A stretch of 64,000 bases of DNA from an uncultured Clostridia bacterium. Its GTDB lineage: Bacteria > Bacillota > Clostridia > TANB77 > CAG-508. Where the stretch lies: positions 7,837-71,836 of the forward strand of contig CANQYS010000001.1 in the NCBI GenBank assembly GCA_947628115.1. Reading direction: 5' to 3'. Below the pieces are notes generated by a model. It searched no databases. It was given only the letters and a program-made list of their open reading frames with translations, and had not been told where the DNA came from. Of this stretch, positions 38,829 through 50,437 are shown one piece after another. The stretch's first letter is position 1. The number at the start of each line of letters is the position of its first letter. The position numbers and the translations under genes are program-made.

Positions 38829-39444
38829 ATGTTATTAAAAAATAAATTAGGTTTAAATAATGAAATAGAACTTGCTAAAGAGGGAAGAAAGAATAACAAA
38901 ATTAAAAGCAATAGAATTATTTGAAACTGAAAAATTAGAAAAGTTTGAAGTTGGAACTTTTCAAGGATTATCTCAAATACATAAATGTTTATTTGAAGAA
39001 ATATATGAATTTGCAGGAAAAATAAGGACAGAAAATATTTCAAAGAGTAATTTTAGATTTGCATCAGAGGTTTACTTAGAAGATGCTTTGAAAAAAATTG
39101 ATAATATGCCACAAAGTAATTTTGATGAAATTGTTGATAAATATATTGAAATGAATATTGCTCATCCATTTAGAGAAGGAAACGGAAGAAGTACAAGAAT
39201 TTAGCTTGATATGATTTTAAAAAAAGAAATTGGCAAAGTAATTGATTGGAGCAAAATAGATAAAGAAGATTATTTGTTAGCTATGGAAAGAAGTCCAATT
39301 AAAAATATGGAAATTAAAATTTTATTACAAAATGCATTGACTGATAAAATAAATGATAGAGAAGTTTATATGAAAGGTATTGATGCAAGTTATCATTACG
39401 AAGGATATAATATGTATAAAGTAGAAGATTTAAAAAATAATTAA
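38829..39444 (+). pseudogene. fic: Fic-family (AMPylase) gene, disrupted by a G-run frameshift and an in-frame TAG
   Basis: There is an extra G in GAGGGAAG (38882-38884). TAG (39202-39204) replaces the conserved Trp of [14 protein letters not shown]. The remainder is intact (VIDWSKIDKEDYLLAMERSP). Confidence 0.8.
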
Positions 39445-39525
39445 TGTAGTCATAGAATTGGATATCGATAATAAAAAAATTACATTATTAGAAAGTATAG
39501 TAAAGTAAATAGAGGAGAAAAACAA

Positions 39526-41037
39526 ATGGCAAAAAAGGTTATAAGAGACATTATTATATTTGTAATTATATTTATTATAATGTGTTCAACAATAATAATA
39601 AGAGATTTAAATGATTTAGATGAATTATGGAATTATAATTTTGCAAAAAATATTGCAGAAGGTAGATTACCTTATAAAGATTTTAATATGATTCAAATGC
39701 CTTTATTACCAATAGTATGTAGCATATTTTTAAAAATATTTGGAAATCAGCTTTTTACCATGAGGATATTATCAATATTTTTAAATAGCTTTATTTTATT
39801 TTTTATTTATAAAATAATGAAACTATTGAAATTAAATGAGAATTTAACATATATATTATTGATAGGAATTTACTCAGTATATTATAATTATTTTAGTATA
39901 GATTATAATTTTTCCATATTATTAATAACTTTAATTGGAATATATATAGAATTGTACTTTATTAATAAAAATAAATCTGTTATTATAAGTAATATAAAAA
40001 TTGATTTCGGATTAGGTATATTAATTGGATGTACCATACTATTAAAGCAGACAACAGGATTATTTATCTCACTAATATTTGTATTTTATAAAGTTCTAAT
40101 AGTATTGAAAAAATCAGAAGTAAAAGAAATATTAAAAATAATGGTGGCAAGATTGTTAGGAATTTTTATTCCAATATGTATCATGATAATTTATTTATCA
40201 GTAAACCATATATGGTTAGAATTTATGGATTATGCTATATACGGAATTAAAACATTTAGTAACTATATACCATATACATTTTTATTGAAAAATAGTAAAA
40301 TTAATATAAAATTTTTAAGTATATTAGTTCCAACAATAATAATATATATGTATGTAAGAACAATAATAAAAGAACAAAAAACACAAGAGGATAAAAATAT
40401 TTTTGTACTTTTTTGTTATAGTGTTGCTTCTCTTATAGTAGTATTTCCAATATCAGATATTATACATTTTTTAATAGGAAGTATGCCAGCAATTATTTCA
40501 ATGCTTTATATAATATATTTAGAAATTAAAAAAGTAATAAATAAAGAAAAAAATATAATTTTTATAAAAGAATATGTTAAAGCTTTTAGTGTAATATTAA
40601 CTGTTATCTTTTTTATTACATCAATCACTATAACTATAAATTATTTAAATAATGATAGATTTAGTAAATTAAAACACTACAGGTTTATACCATCTCAAAT
40701 AGATGATGATATTTTAAAAATAGATTCATATATACAAGAAAAAAATTTAGAAAAACAAAATGTATATATTTTAGATGCTACTGCTTGTTTATATATGATA
40801 CCAATAGATAAGTATAATAAAGATTATGATATGTTTTTAAAAGGTAATTTAGGGGCAAAAGGTGAAAAAGGTCAAATAGATAAACTAAAAAATGAAAATA
40901 ATGCATTTATACTTATTTTAAATGATAATTATTCAAGGAATTGGCAAAATCCAGAAAAAGTAAGAAAATATATAATAGACAATTGGAGCAAAATAGATAC
41001 AGTTGGAAACTTTGATGTATATACAAGGAGTACTTAG
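39526..41037 (+). CDS. polytopic membrane protein, probable GT-C-type glycosyltransferase
   Basis: 503 aa with more than 10 TM helices and a soluble C-terminal domain. The architecture resembles the ArnT/PMT family. Confidence 0.4.
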   Translation: MAKKVIRDIIIFVIIFIIMCSTIIIRDLNDLDELWNYNFAKNIAEGRLPYKDFNMIQMPLLPIVCSIFLKIFGNQLFTMRILSIFLNSFILFFIYKIMKLLKLNENLTYILLIGIYSVYYNYFSIDYNFSILLITLIGIYIELYFINKNKSVIISNIKIDFGLGILIGCTILLKQTTGLFISLIFVFYKVLIVLKKSEVKEILKIMVARLLGIFIPICIMIIYLSVNHIWLEFMDYAIYGIKTFSNYIPYTFLLKNSKINIKFLSILVPTIIIYMYVRTIIKEQKTQEDKNIFVLFCYSVASLIVVFPISDIIHFLIGSMPAIISMLYIIYLEIKKVINKEKNIIFIKEYVKAFSVILTVIFFITSITITINYLNNDRFSKLKHYRFIPSQIDDDILKIDSYIQEKNLEKQNVYILDATACLYMIPIDKYNKDYDMFLKGNLGAKGEKGQIDKLKNENNAFILILNDNYSRNWQNPEKVRKYIIDNWSKIDTVGNFDVYTRST

Positions 41038-41147
41038 TATGATTAAAATAATAAAATGATGATATAATTTTTAGCTTTATAAAAAAGTATTCTTACAAAT
41101 AAGCAATAAAGAGCGTGTAAAAGTGTTATGAAAGGGTAAATGAGTAA

Positions 41148-43001
41148 ATGGTAAAAGATGCTAAAATAAATGTAAAAAATAATGAAATAATTAGACAAAT
41201 TAAATATTATATTATAGAATTACTAGAATTTCTTTTATATCCAGCGTTCTTATATGTGCTTTTAGAAAGCATAAAATTTGGTAATATATCAGTGTATTTT
41301 CAATTATTAATAAAATTAATTATTCAATTACCGCAATATATAATTGTTTCTTATTTTATTTTACTTGCAGTAATATTAATATTTAGAGGTATTATAAAAA
41401 GTAATTTTATTGCTAATTGTATTGCAACAATATTATTTACTATTATTACAATAGTATCTTATTATAAATTTGATATATTAGAACAGCCATTTATACCTTA
41501 TGATATTGTTATGGCAAAAAATTTAAATCAAATTACTAAATTTGGATTTAATGGGATTACATATTGTAGCATTTTTTCTATCTGTAATATAATAATACTA
41601 TTAATATTAGATTATTTTATAAACAAATTTATTAAAGATAAAAAAACAGCAGATAATGTGAGATATAACTATAAAAAAATAATTTATTTTGTAGTTGGGA
41701 TTATTATGCTTTATGGGTTTTGTATATCTCCCAATAGATATATAAATAATGGAATAAAAAATGATAATGGAGATGATTACTATTGGATGGGAGCAAATGG
41801 AGTGTTTTTTATTCATCTGGGAGATTTTTATGTAATTAAACCAGAAGGATATACAAAAGAGAATATAATGAGTATAAAAAGTGAATATGAAAGTTCAGTA
41901 GAAAAGAATGAAGAAGAACATCCTAATATTATATTGGTGATGAATGAATCGTTTGCAGATTTAACTAATCTTACTAATACAACATATTCAGAAAATCCAA
42001 TGGAATCAATAAAAAAAATTTATAGTGAAAAAAATTGTAAAACTGGAGAAATTTTATCACCAGTTTTAGGAGGAGGAACATCTTTACCAGAATTTGAACT
42101 CCTAACTGGATTAACTTCTTATTATCTAGAACAACAAATATATCCTTATACTAGTTACATACATAGCGATATGAATTCTATCGTAAGGGAATTCAATAAA
42201 AATGAATATAATACTGTTGGAATACATACCAATACAAAAACTTTTTATAACAGAGAATATGTATATAATTATTTGGGATTTAAAAAAACAATTTTTGCGC
42301 AAGATATAGAAAATCCTGAATATAAGGGAAATTATATATCAGATAATGAAGCTGCAAATCAAATAATAGAACAATTTAATAGTATTGATGGAAAAAAATT
42401 TATATTTGCTTTAACTATGCAAAATCATATGCAATATACAAATAAAAATTATGAATATTACGATATAGAAATACAGTCTAATGTTCTTTCTAATAATGAA
42501 AAATTGGAATTAAAAAATTATACACAAGGAATAAAAGATGCATGTGCAATGTACGATAAATTAGTTACTTATCTAAAAGATGTACAAGAACCTACAGTAT
42601 TAATAATGTTTGGCGATCATTTACCATTACTTGGTGACACATATTGTTCTACACTTAGAAAAAATGGATACACTGATGGTATAGAATATTATAAAACACC
42701 ATATATTATATGGTCAAATTATGATATTGATGAATCAATTGATATACCAGAAATAATAAGTCCATCATATTTAGGATTACTAACCTTAGACATGGCAAAT
42801 ATTAATAATTTATCTTGGTATATGAGACCTTTTAGAGAATTATATTATAGATATCCTGCTATAAATAATAAGTATGCTATAGATAGAGAGGGTAATGTTA
42901 TTGATTTAAATTTATTAAAAAAACAGGAAATAGTAAAAAAATGTGAAATATTACAATATGATGTTTTAATTAAAAAGAAATTTATACCTATAGTTTATTA
43001 A
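41148..43001 (+). CDS. LTA synthase-family sulfatase-fold enzyme (LtaS/MdoB-like)
   Basis: N-terminal TM block followed by a sulfatase domain with NIILVMNESFAD and FGDHLP motifs. Confidence 0.7.
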   Translation: MVKDAKINVKNNEIIRQIKYYIIELLEFLLYPAFLYVLLESIKFGNISVYFQLLIKLIIQLPQYIIVSYFILLAVILIFRGIIKSNFIANCIATILFTIITIVSYYKFDILEQPFIPYDIVMAKNLNQITKFGFNGITYCSIFSICNIIILLILDYFINKFIKDKKTADNVRYNYKKIIYFVVGIIMLYGFCISPNRYINNGIKNDNGDDYYWMGANGVFFIHLGDFYVIKPEGYTKENIMSIKSEYESSVEKNEEEHPNIILVMNESFADLTNLTNTTYSENPMESIKKIYSEKNCKTGEILSPVLGGGTSLPEFELLTGLTSYYLEQQIYPYTSYIHSDMNSIVREFNKNEYNTVGIHTNTKTFYNREYVYNYLGFKKTIFAQDIENPEYKGNYISDNEAANQIIEQFNSIDGKKFIFALTMQNHMQYTNKNYEYYDIEIQSNVLSNNEKLELKNYTQGIKDACAMYDKLVTYLKDVQEPTVLIMFGDHLPLLGDTYCSTLRKNGYTDGIEYYKTPYIIWSNYDIDESIDIPEIISPSYLGLLTLDMANINNLSWYMRPFRELYYRYPAINNKYAIDREGNVIDLNLLKKQEIVKKCEILQYDVLIKKKFIPIVY

Positions 43002-43022
43002 TGCTAAAAATTGGAGGATATA

Positions 43023-44495
43023 ATGAAATTAGTAAAAAAAGATATTATAATTTTTATATTAATTTTTGTAATTGCAATAATTGAATATAATGGATTTTTG
43101 ACAATGCATTATGCTACAGATACATATAATATAATTAATAGAGGATATTCTGAATATGCTATTAAATATTCTTTAAATGATGGTAGACCTATGATGTGTT
43201 TAATATCATTATTAGCAGATTTACTTAATGTACCAATAACATTATACATAATACTTTTAACTTTTTTTGCAATAATAACATCATGTATTTGTGTAGTATT
43301 CTTAAAGAAAATAATATCCAAATATAAAGAACCTATCAATATTTGGAATGAGATAATTTTAACAATAATATGTTATGTTACGATATTCAATTTTATGTAT
43401 TTAGAAAATCTACAATTTGCGGAATGTTTTGTAATGTCTATGAGTCTATTAATTTATATTACGGCAGCATATATTTTAGTACAAGAAAAAAATAAATATA
43501 TTTTGAAATCAATTTTATTAAGTATATTTGGGATAATGTTTTATCAAGGCACTCTTTCTGTTTTTGTTGTTATGACAGTATTATTTTCCATAATAAAAGA
43601 TAATTCAATAATCCTTACTTTAAAAAAATTTTTATTAGCAGGAATTGCATGTATTATAGCAGTTATATTTAATTTAGTACAAATAAAATTATGTGGGTTA
43701 TTTTTGAATATGGAGCAAGTAAGGATGGGATCTATAAAAAATATAATTGTAATGTTACCAATTATATTTAAAAGTTTACCTAAAATAATTTTTTATACTT
43801 GCAATATTTTTCCAACAGGATTATTTTTAGGTTTTATATTAAGTATATTAATAATTTATAATAATGTAGATAAAAAAATAAAAAGTAAAATAAATAATAA
43901 AATTATAATAATTTTATTAATCTCAATAATATTACCTTTTGCACCAAATTTATTTACACAATCTTCATTTGGAGCAGCAAGAATGATGTTTCCAATTGGT
44001 TCACTTATAGGAAATATATTTATACTTCTATATACTAAAACATCAATATTTGAAAACAATAATGTTAGTACAAAAATATTTGAATTTATATTAATTATTT
44101 ATATGTTATTAAATATAATGACTTCAATGTATATAATTTATTGTCATAAAAAAATAGAAAAATTAAACAAAGAAGAATGCAATATAATTAATAGTTTTAT
44201 AACAAAATATGAGCAAAATAATAATATCAAAATAAAAAAAATTGCTATTTGTCACGATAAAAATCCAACATTTTTTTATAATATAATAAATAATTATTCA
44301 TCATTATGCTATAGACCATTAGCATTAGAATGGTCAGATGATGGAAGTATTAATTATTATACAGGTAGAAATTTAGAAGAAATAGATACAACTATAGAAA
44401 TATACAATCAGTATTTTAAAGATAAAGATTGGGATAAATTATCAGAGGAGCAGTTTGTATTTATTGAAGATACAGTGTATTATTGTATTTATTAA
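43023..44495 (+). CDS. polytopic membrane protein (putative glycosyltransferase or polymerase)
   Basis: About 490 aa, many TM helices, RBS GGAGGA. No firm family assignment. Confidence 0.4.
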   Translation: MKLVKKDIIIFILIFVIAIIEYNGFLTMHYATDTYNIINRGYSEYAIKYSLNDGRPMMCLISLLADLLNVPITLYIILLTFFAIITSCICVVFLKKIISKYKEPINIWNEIILTIICYVTIFNFMYLENLQFAECFVMSMSLLIYITAAYILVQEKNKYILKSILLSIFGIMFYQGTLSVFVVMTVLFSIIKDNSIILTLKKFLLAGIACIIAVIFNLVQIKLCGLFLNMEQVRMGSIKNIIVMLPIIFKSLPKIIFYTCNIFPTGLFLGFILSILIIYNNVDKKIKSKINNKIIIILLISIILPFAPNLFTQSSFGAARMMFPIGSLIGNIFILLYTKTSIFENNNVSTKIFEFILIIYMLLNIMTSMYIIYCHKKIEKLNKEECNIINSFITKYEQNNNIKIKKIAICHDKNPTFFYNIINNYSSLCYRPLALEWSDDGSINYYTGRNLEEIDTTIEIYNQYFKDKDWDKLSEEQFVFIEDTVYYCIY

Positions 44496-44551
44496 AAATT
44501 TTTTCTAAAATAATAATATTATATAATTAAAAAATAGGGAGGACACATATT

Positions 44552-47207
44552 TTGGATAAGTTAGTTTTAATTGATGGAAACAGTATAATAAATAGAGCGT
44601 TTTATGGTATTATGGGAAATAAAATGCTAATGACAGAAGATCGGAACGTATACAAATGCAGTGTACGGTTTTTTGAGTATTCTATTTAAAATATTAGAAG
44701 ATATAAATCCAAAATATTTAGCAGTTGCATTTGATTTAAAAGCGCCTACCAAAAGACATGAGATGTATGATAAATATAAAGCAAATAGAAAAGGAATGCC
44801 AGATGAACTGGCAATGCAAATGCCAATATTAAAAGATGTTTTAAATGCAATGAATATTTGTATTATAGAAAAAGAAGGATACGAAGCAGATGACATTCTT
44901 GGAACACTTGCAAAGTGGGGACAAGACCAAAACCTAGATGTAACTGTTTTAACAGGAGATAGAGATAGCTTTCAATTAATAGATAAAAATATAAAAGTAA
45001 GAATTCCTAGAACAAAAATGGGTAAAACAGAAACGGAAGATTATACAGTAGAAAAAATAAAAGAAGAATATGGCTTGGAGCCTTTAGATTTAATAGAAGT
45101 AAAAGGACTTATGGGAGACACATCTGACAATATACCAGGAGTTCCCGGAGTTGGAGAAAAAACTGCAATTAATTTGATAAAAGAGTATAAAACAATAGAC
45201 GGAGTATATGAAAATATAGAAAAACAAAAGGGTAAGTTAAAAGAAAAACTAGAACAAAATAAAGATTTAGCATATTTATCAAGAACACTTGGAACCATAA
45301 ACATAAATAGCCCAATTGAAAAAGATTTGGATATATTAGAAAAAAAAGAGTGGAATAATGAAGAGGTATTACAAATATTTAAAAAGTTAAAATTTAATAG
45401 ATTTATTGATAGATTTAATTTATTAAACTTAAAAAATAATGAAGAAACAGACGAATCTAGTTGCCCGATAAAAATTGAATATCAAACTAATTTAATTGCA
45501 GAGGAAATAAAAAAAATAAAAAAAGAAATTATATCAAAAAAAATAATGTATTATTATTTAGATGATAAAGATTTTGTAATATATTTGGAAAAAAATAATA
45601 AATGTTATTATATAAACAATTTAATGGAATTTAAAGATATTTTTGAAGATAAAAATATTTTAAAATGTGGTTACAAACAAAAAGAAGAATATATTTTATT
45701 ATGGAAAAACAATATAAATGCCCAAAATTTAATGTTTGATATTTCAATAGCTGGATATATATTAAATTCTAATATAAATAAATACACAATAGAATATTTA
45801 TCAAATGAATATTTAAATTTTGATATAGATGAATATTTAAATAGTATAGGAATACCTCAAGAAAAAACAGAACAACTAAATTTATTTAGTGAGGTAAAAG
45901 AAAATGAAGTAGATAAAACATATATATATCCTTATATAATATTTAGACTCTACAATATTTTGACTGAGAAAATGAAACAAGATAATAGTATAAAATTGTT
46001 TGAAAATATAGAAATGCCACTTGTAGAAGTTTTAGCAAGCATGCAATATGAAGGAATATATATAGATAAACAAGAACTTATAAATTTTGGAAAAACACTT
46101 CAAGAAAGAATAGATATTTTAACAAAAGAAATATATGAGCAAGCTGGAGAAGAATTTAATATAAATTCTACAAAACAATTAGGAGAAATATTATTTGAAA
46201 AATTAAAATTAACTGTTAAAAAGAAAACTAAAACTGGATATTCAACAGATGTAGATGTATTAGAAAAAATAAAAAATGAACATCCAATAATTGAAAAAAT
46301 ATTAGAATATAGGCAATTGGTAAAATTAAATTCTACATATGTAGAAGGATTAATACCATATATAGAACAAAAAACAAATAGAATACATTCAAAATTTCAT
46401 CAAACCGTTACAACAACAGGAAGAATTAGTAGCACAGATCCAAACCTTCAAAACATACCTACAAGAATGGAACTTGGCAAACAATTAAGAAAGGTATTCA
46501 AACCAAAAGAAGGTTCAGTATATATAGATGCTGATTATTCACAAATAGAACTCAGAGTTTTAGCACATATTTCACAGGACAAACATATGATAGAAGCATT
46601 TAATAATGATGAAGATATACATGCCCAGGCAGCTTCTAAAGTATTAAATATACCAATTAGTGAAGTAACAAAAGAACAAAGAGCAAGTGCAAAAGCAGTT
46701 AATTTTGGAATAGTATATGGAATTAGTGACTTTGGACTTGGAGAACAACTTGGAATATCAAGAAAAAAAGCAAAGGAATATATAGAACAATATTTAGAAA
46801 AATATAGCGGAATAAAAAAATTTATGACAGATATAGTAGAGGAGACAAAAGAAAAAGGATATGTAGAAACTTTGTATCATAGAAGAAGATATGTTCCAGA
46901 ACTTAAATCTAATAATTACATGGTAAGACAATTTGGAGGAAGAGTTGCAATGAATACTCCAATACAAGGAACAGCAGCTGATATTATGAAAATTGCAATG
47001 ATAAATGTATATAATAAATTAAAAGAAAATAATTTGAAATCTAAAATAATAGTACAAGTACATGATGAATTATTAATTGAGACCTGTTTAGAAGAAAAAG
47101 AAATTGTAAAAGAAATTTTAAAAACTGAAATGGAAAATGTAATAAAATTAGATGTCCCATTAAAGGCAGAAGTAAGTGAGGGATATTCATGGTACGAAGC
47201 CAAATAA
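44552..47207 (+). CDS. polA: DNA polymerase I; full length requires a +1 shift at CGG 44642
   Basis: TTG start after RBS AGGGAGG. MDKLVLIDGNSIINRAFYG...TEDGTYTNAVYGF is only obtained by skipping C44642. The 5'-nuclease and polymerase motifs (DYSQIELR, QVHDEL) are present. Confidence 0.92.
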
Positions 47208-47220
47208 AAAATGAAAATTG

Positions 47221-47375
47221 CCAAAACCAATTAATTGCAAACGTTGTAGGGGCGGGCCTTGTGTCCGCCCGCAAGAAACAAACCAATTGCAAACGTTGTA
47301 GGGGCGGAATCAATTTCCGCCCGAAAAACAATAAATAATTCCGGGCAGATATGGAATCTGCCCCTACTACAATTT
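47221..47375. repeat. tandem GC-rich hairpin repeats (family B: TGTAGGGGCGG...)
   Basis: ATTGCAAACGTTGTAGGGGCGG occurs twice (47234, 47286). The hairpins are GGGCGGGCC..GTCCGCCC, GGGCGGAATCAATTTCCGCCC and GGGCAGATATGGAATCTGCCC. About 70 bp is shared with 59331-59398. Confidence 0.85.
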
Positions 47376-47430
47376 ATAAAAAAGGGCTTAGTAAAATATT
47401 TTAATGCAAAAGATAAAAAAGGAGATAAAT

Positions 47431-47997
47431 TTGAAAAAACTTATAAAATTTTTGACGATATTAATTATTATTTTAATTATCTATTTTATATTATTTAAAA
47501 TAATTGAAATAAATAAAATAGTAATGAAAAAAATATATCCATTAAAATATAGCGAATATATAGAAAAATATTCTAATGAGTATAATATAGATAAATATAT
47601 GGTATATGCAATAATAAAAGCAGAAAGTAACTTCAAAGAAAAAGCAAAATCTAGCAGTAATGCTATAGGACTAATGCAAATAATGGAAAACACAGCAATA
47701 GAAACAGCAAGAAAAATGGAATTAGATATTAGCGAGAAGGATTTATTTAATCCAGAACTAAATATAAAAATAGGACTAAAATATTATGCAAGTTTATTAA
47801 AAAAATATAATAACAATAATTCAATTGCCATTATTGCATATAATGCAGGAATTGGAAATGTAGACAAATGGATAGAAGAAAAAATTATAAAAGATGATGG
47901 ATCCGATTTGGAAAATGTTCCATTTAAGGAAACAAATAATTATGTTAGAAAAATTTTACGAGATTATGAAATATATAAATATTTATATGTAGAGTAA
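47431..47997 (+). CDS. lytic transglycosylase (SLT domain), membrane-anchored
   Basis: AIIKAESNF...AIGLMQI and AYNAG motifs. The TTG at 47431 follows RBS AAGGAG. Confidence 0.8.
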   Translation: MKKLIKFLTILIIILIIYFILFKIIEINKIVMKKIYPLKYSEYIEKYSNEYNIDKYMVYAIIKAESNFKEKAKSSSNAIGLMQIMENTAIETARKMELDISEKDLFNPELNIKIGLKYYASLLKKYNNNNSIAIIAYNAGIGNVDKWIEEKIIKDDGSDLENVPFKETNNYVRKILRDYEIYKYLYVE

Positions 47998-48051
47998 TTT
48001 ATAGTTGTTATAATTTTTAATTTAATATATAATATAAAATATTAATAATAG

Positions 48052-49076
<1,025 letters not shown>

Positions 49077-49214
49077 TTTTTTTCTTTTTTCGGACGGACT
49101 AATTTTAGACTTTTTAAAAATTTAACAATTCCTTCTGTTCAAACATTAGCCAATTAAACTGATTTTCGAAATAATTCTAAAATTAGTCCGTCCGGAAAAG
49201 GAAAAAGAAAAAGG
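49077..49214. repeat. 138-bp element with 19-bp perfect terminal inverted repeats (family C)
   Basis: CGGACGGACTAATTTTAGA (49091-49109) pairs with TCTAAAATTAGTCCGTCCG (49176-49194), flanked by T-rich and A/G-rich runs. Its right end resembles 6215-6247. Confidence 0.8.
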
Positions 49215-49233
49215 AAAAAGATTGGAGTAAGAT

Positions 49234-50310
49234 ATGGAAAAAATAAAAAAGGTGTTATCACATATATTTATAGATGGATTAACAGGAATGGCATGGGGAT
49301 TATTTGCAACATTGATAATTGGACTTATTTTAACACAAATTGGAGGATTTATTTCAAATAGAATAGGACAATTAATAATTATAATTGGCAAAGTCGCTTC
49401 TGCCTTAACCGGTGCTGGTATTGGTATAGGAGTTGCAACTAAATTTAAATCAGGTACATATGTAACAGTTTCTGCTGCAATAACAGGTATGATAGGTGCT
49501 TTTGCAACTAAAATATTGGCTGGAGAAGTCTATACAGAGTCTGGGGCAATTTTATTCGCTGGTCCGGGAGAACCACTAGGTGCATTTATTGCAGCATTAG
49601 TTGGAATAGAAATAGGAAATTTAATAACAGGTAAAACTAAAGTTGATATAATACTTGTACCTCTTGCAACAATTCTTTCTGGAGCAATAGTTGGATTGTT
49701 AATTGGACCAACAATTTCTAATTTTATGACTGCATTGGGTGCACTAATTAATTGGTCTGTTGAAAGACAACCTATTATAATGGGAATTTTAGTTTCTGTA
49801 ATAATGGGTATGATTTTAACTCTTCCAATAAGTTCTGCTGCAATTGCTATAATATTAAATTTAAGTGGACTTGCAGCAGGTGCAGCAACAGTAGGCTGTT
49901 GCGCAAATATGATAGGATTTGCAGTATCCAGTTTTAAAGAAAATAAGTTTGGAGGATTAATTTCACAAGGATTAGGAACTTCTATGTTACAAGTGCCAAA
50001 TATTATGAAAAAGCCTGTGATTTGGCTTCCAGCAATAATTGCAAGTGCAATTTTAGGACCTTTGTCAACAACAGTTTTTAATATGACAAATAATGCTTCG
50101 GGTGCAGGTATGGGAACAGCAGGACTTGTTGGACAATTTATGACATGGGAAACTATGAGCGGGACAGAACAACCTATAGTGTTATTAATAAAAATTCTTT
50201 TATTACATTTTATTTTACCAGGTTTAATTGCATGGATTGTATCTTTTATTTTAAGAAAGAAAAATATAATTAGAGATGGAGATATGAAATTAGAGACGGA
50301 ACAAAAATAA
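49234..50310 (+). CDS. PTS EIIC-like membrane protein (PfoR/COG3641-like)
   Basis: 358 aa, glycine-rich and polytopic. The N-terminal FIDGLTGMAWGLFATLIIG pattern matches this family. Confidence 0.5.
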   Translation: MEKIKKVLSHIFIDGLTGMAWGLFATLIIGLILTQIGGFISNRIGQLIIIIGKVASALTGAGIGIGVATKFKSGTYVTVSAAITGMIGAFATKILAGEVYTESGAILFAGPGEPLGAFIAALVGIEIGNLITGKTKVDIILVPLATILSGAIVGLLIGPTISNFMTALGALINWSVERQPIIMGILVSVIMGMILTLPISSAAIAIILNLSGLAAGAATVGCCANMIGFAVSSFKENKFGGLISQGLGTSMLQVPNIMKKPVIWLPAIIASAILGPLSTTVFNMTNNASGAGMGTAGLVGQFMTWETMSGTEQPIVLLIKILLLHFILPGLIAWIVSFILRKKNIIRDGDMKLETEQK

Positions 50311-50419
50311 ATTGTAGCCTGTGTTCGGGGAATTCTAGGGACTGTCCTTTAAAAATCACCAATTTTGGGGATTTTTGGGACTGTCCTGAATTCACCGAAA
50401 AACAAACAAACTACAATTT
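50309..50419. repeat. family A MITE-like repeat, copy 2 (inverted); overlaps the stop codon of the upstream gene
   Basis: Reverse complement of 2714-2823 with a few substitutions. The TAA at 50308-50310 supplies the first bases of the repeat. Confidence 0.9.
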
Positions 50420-50437
50420 GTCTAATTAATTTATAAA

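Noticed and set aside
47259-47498. 79-aa ORF (MCPPARNKPIANVVGAES..) downstream of polA.
   Set aside because: It is translated straight through the family B GC-rich hairpin repeats, has no RBS, and overlaps the start region of the SLT gene.
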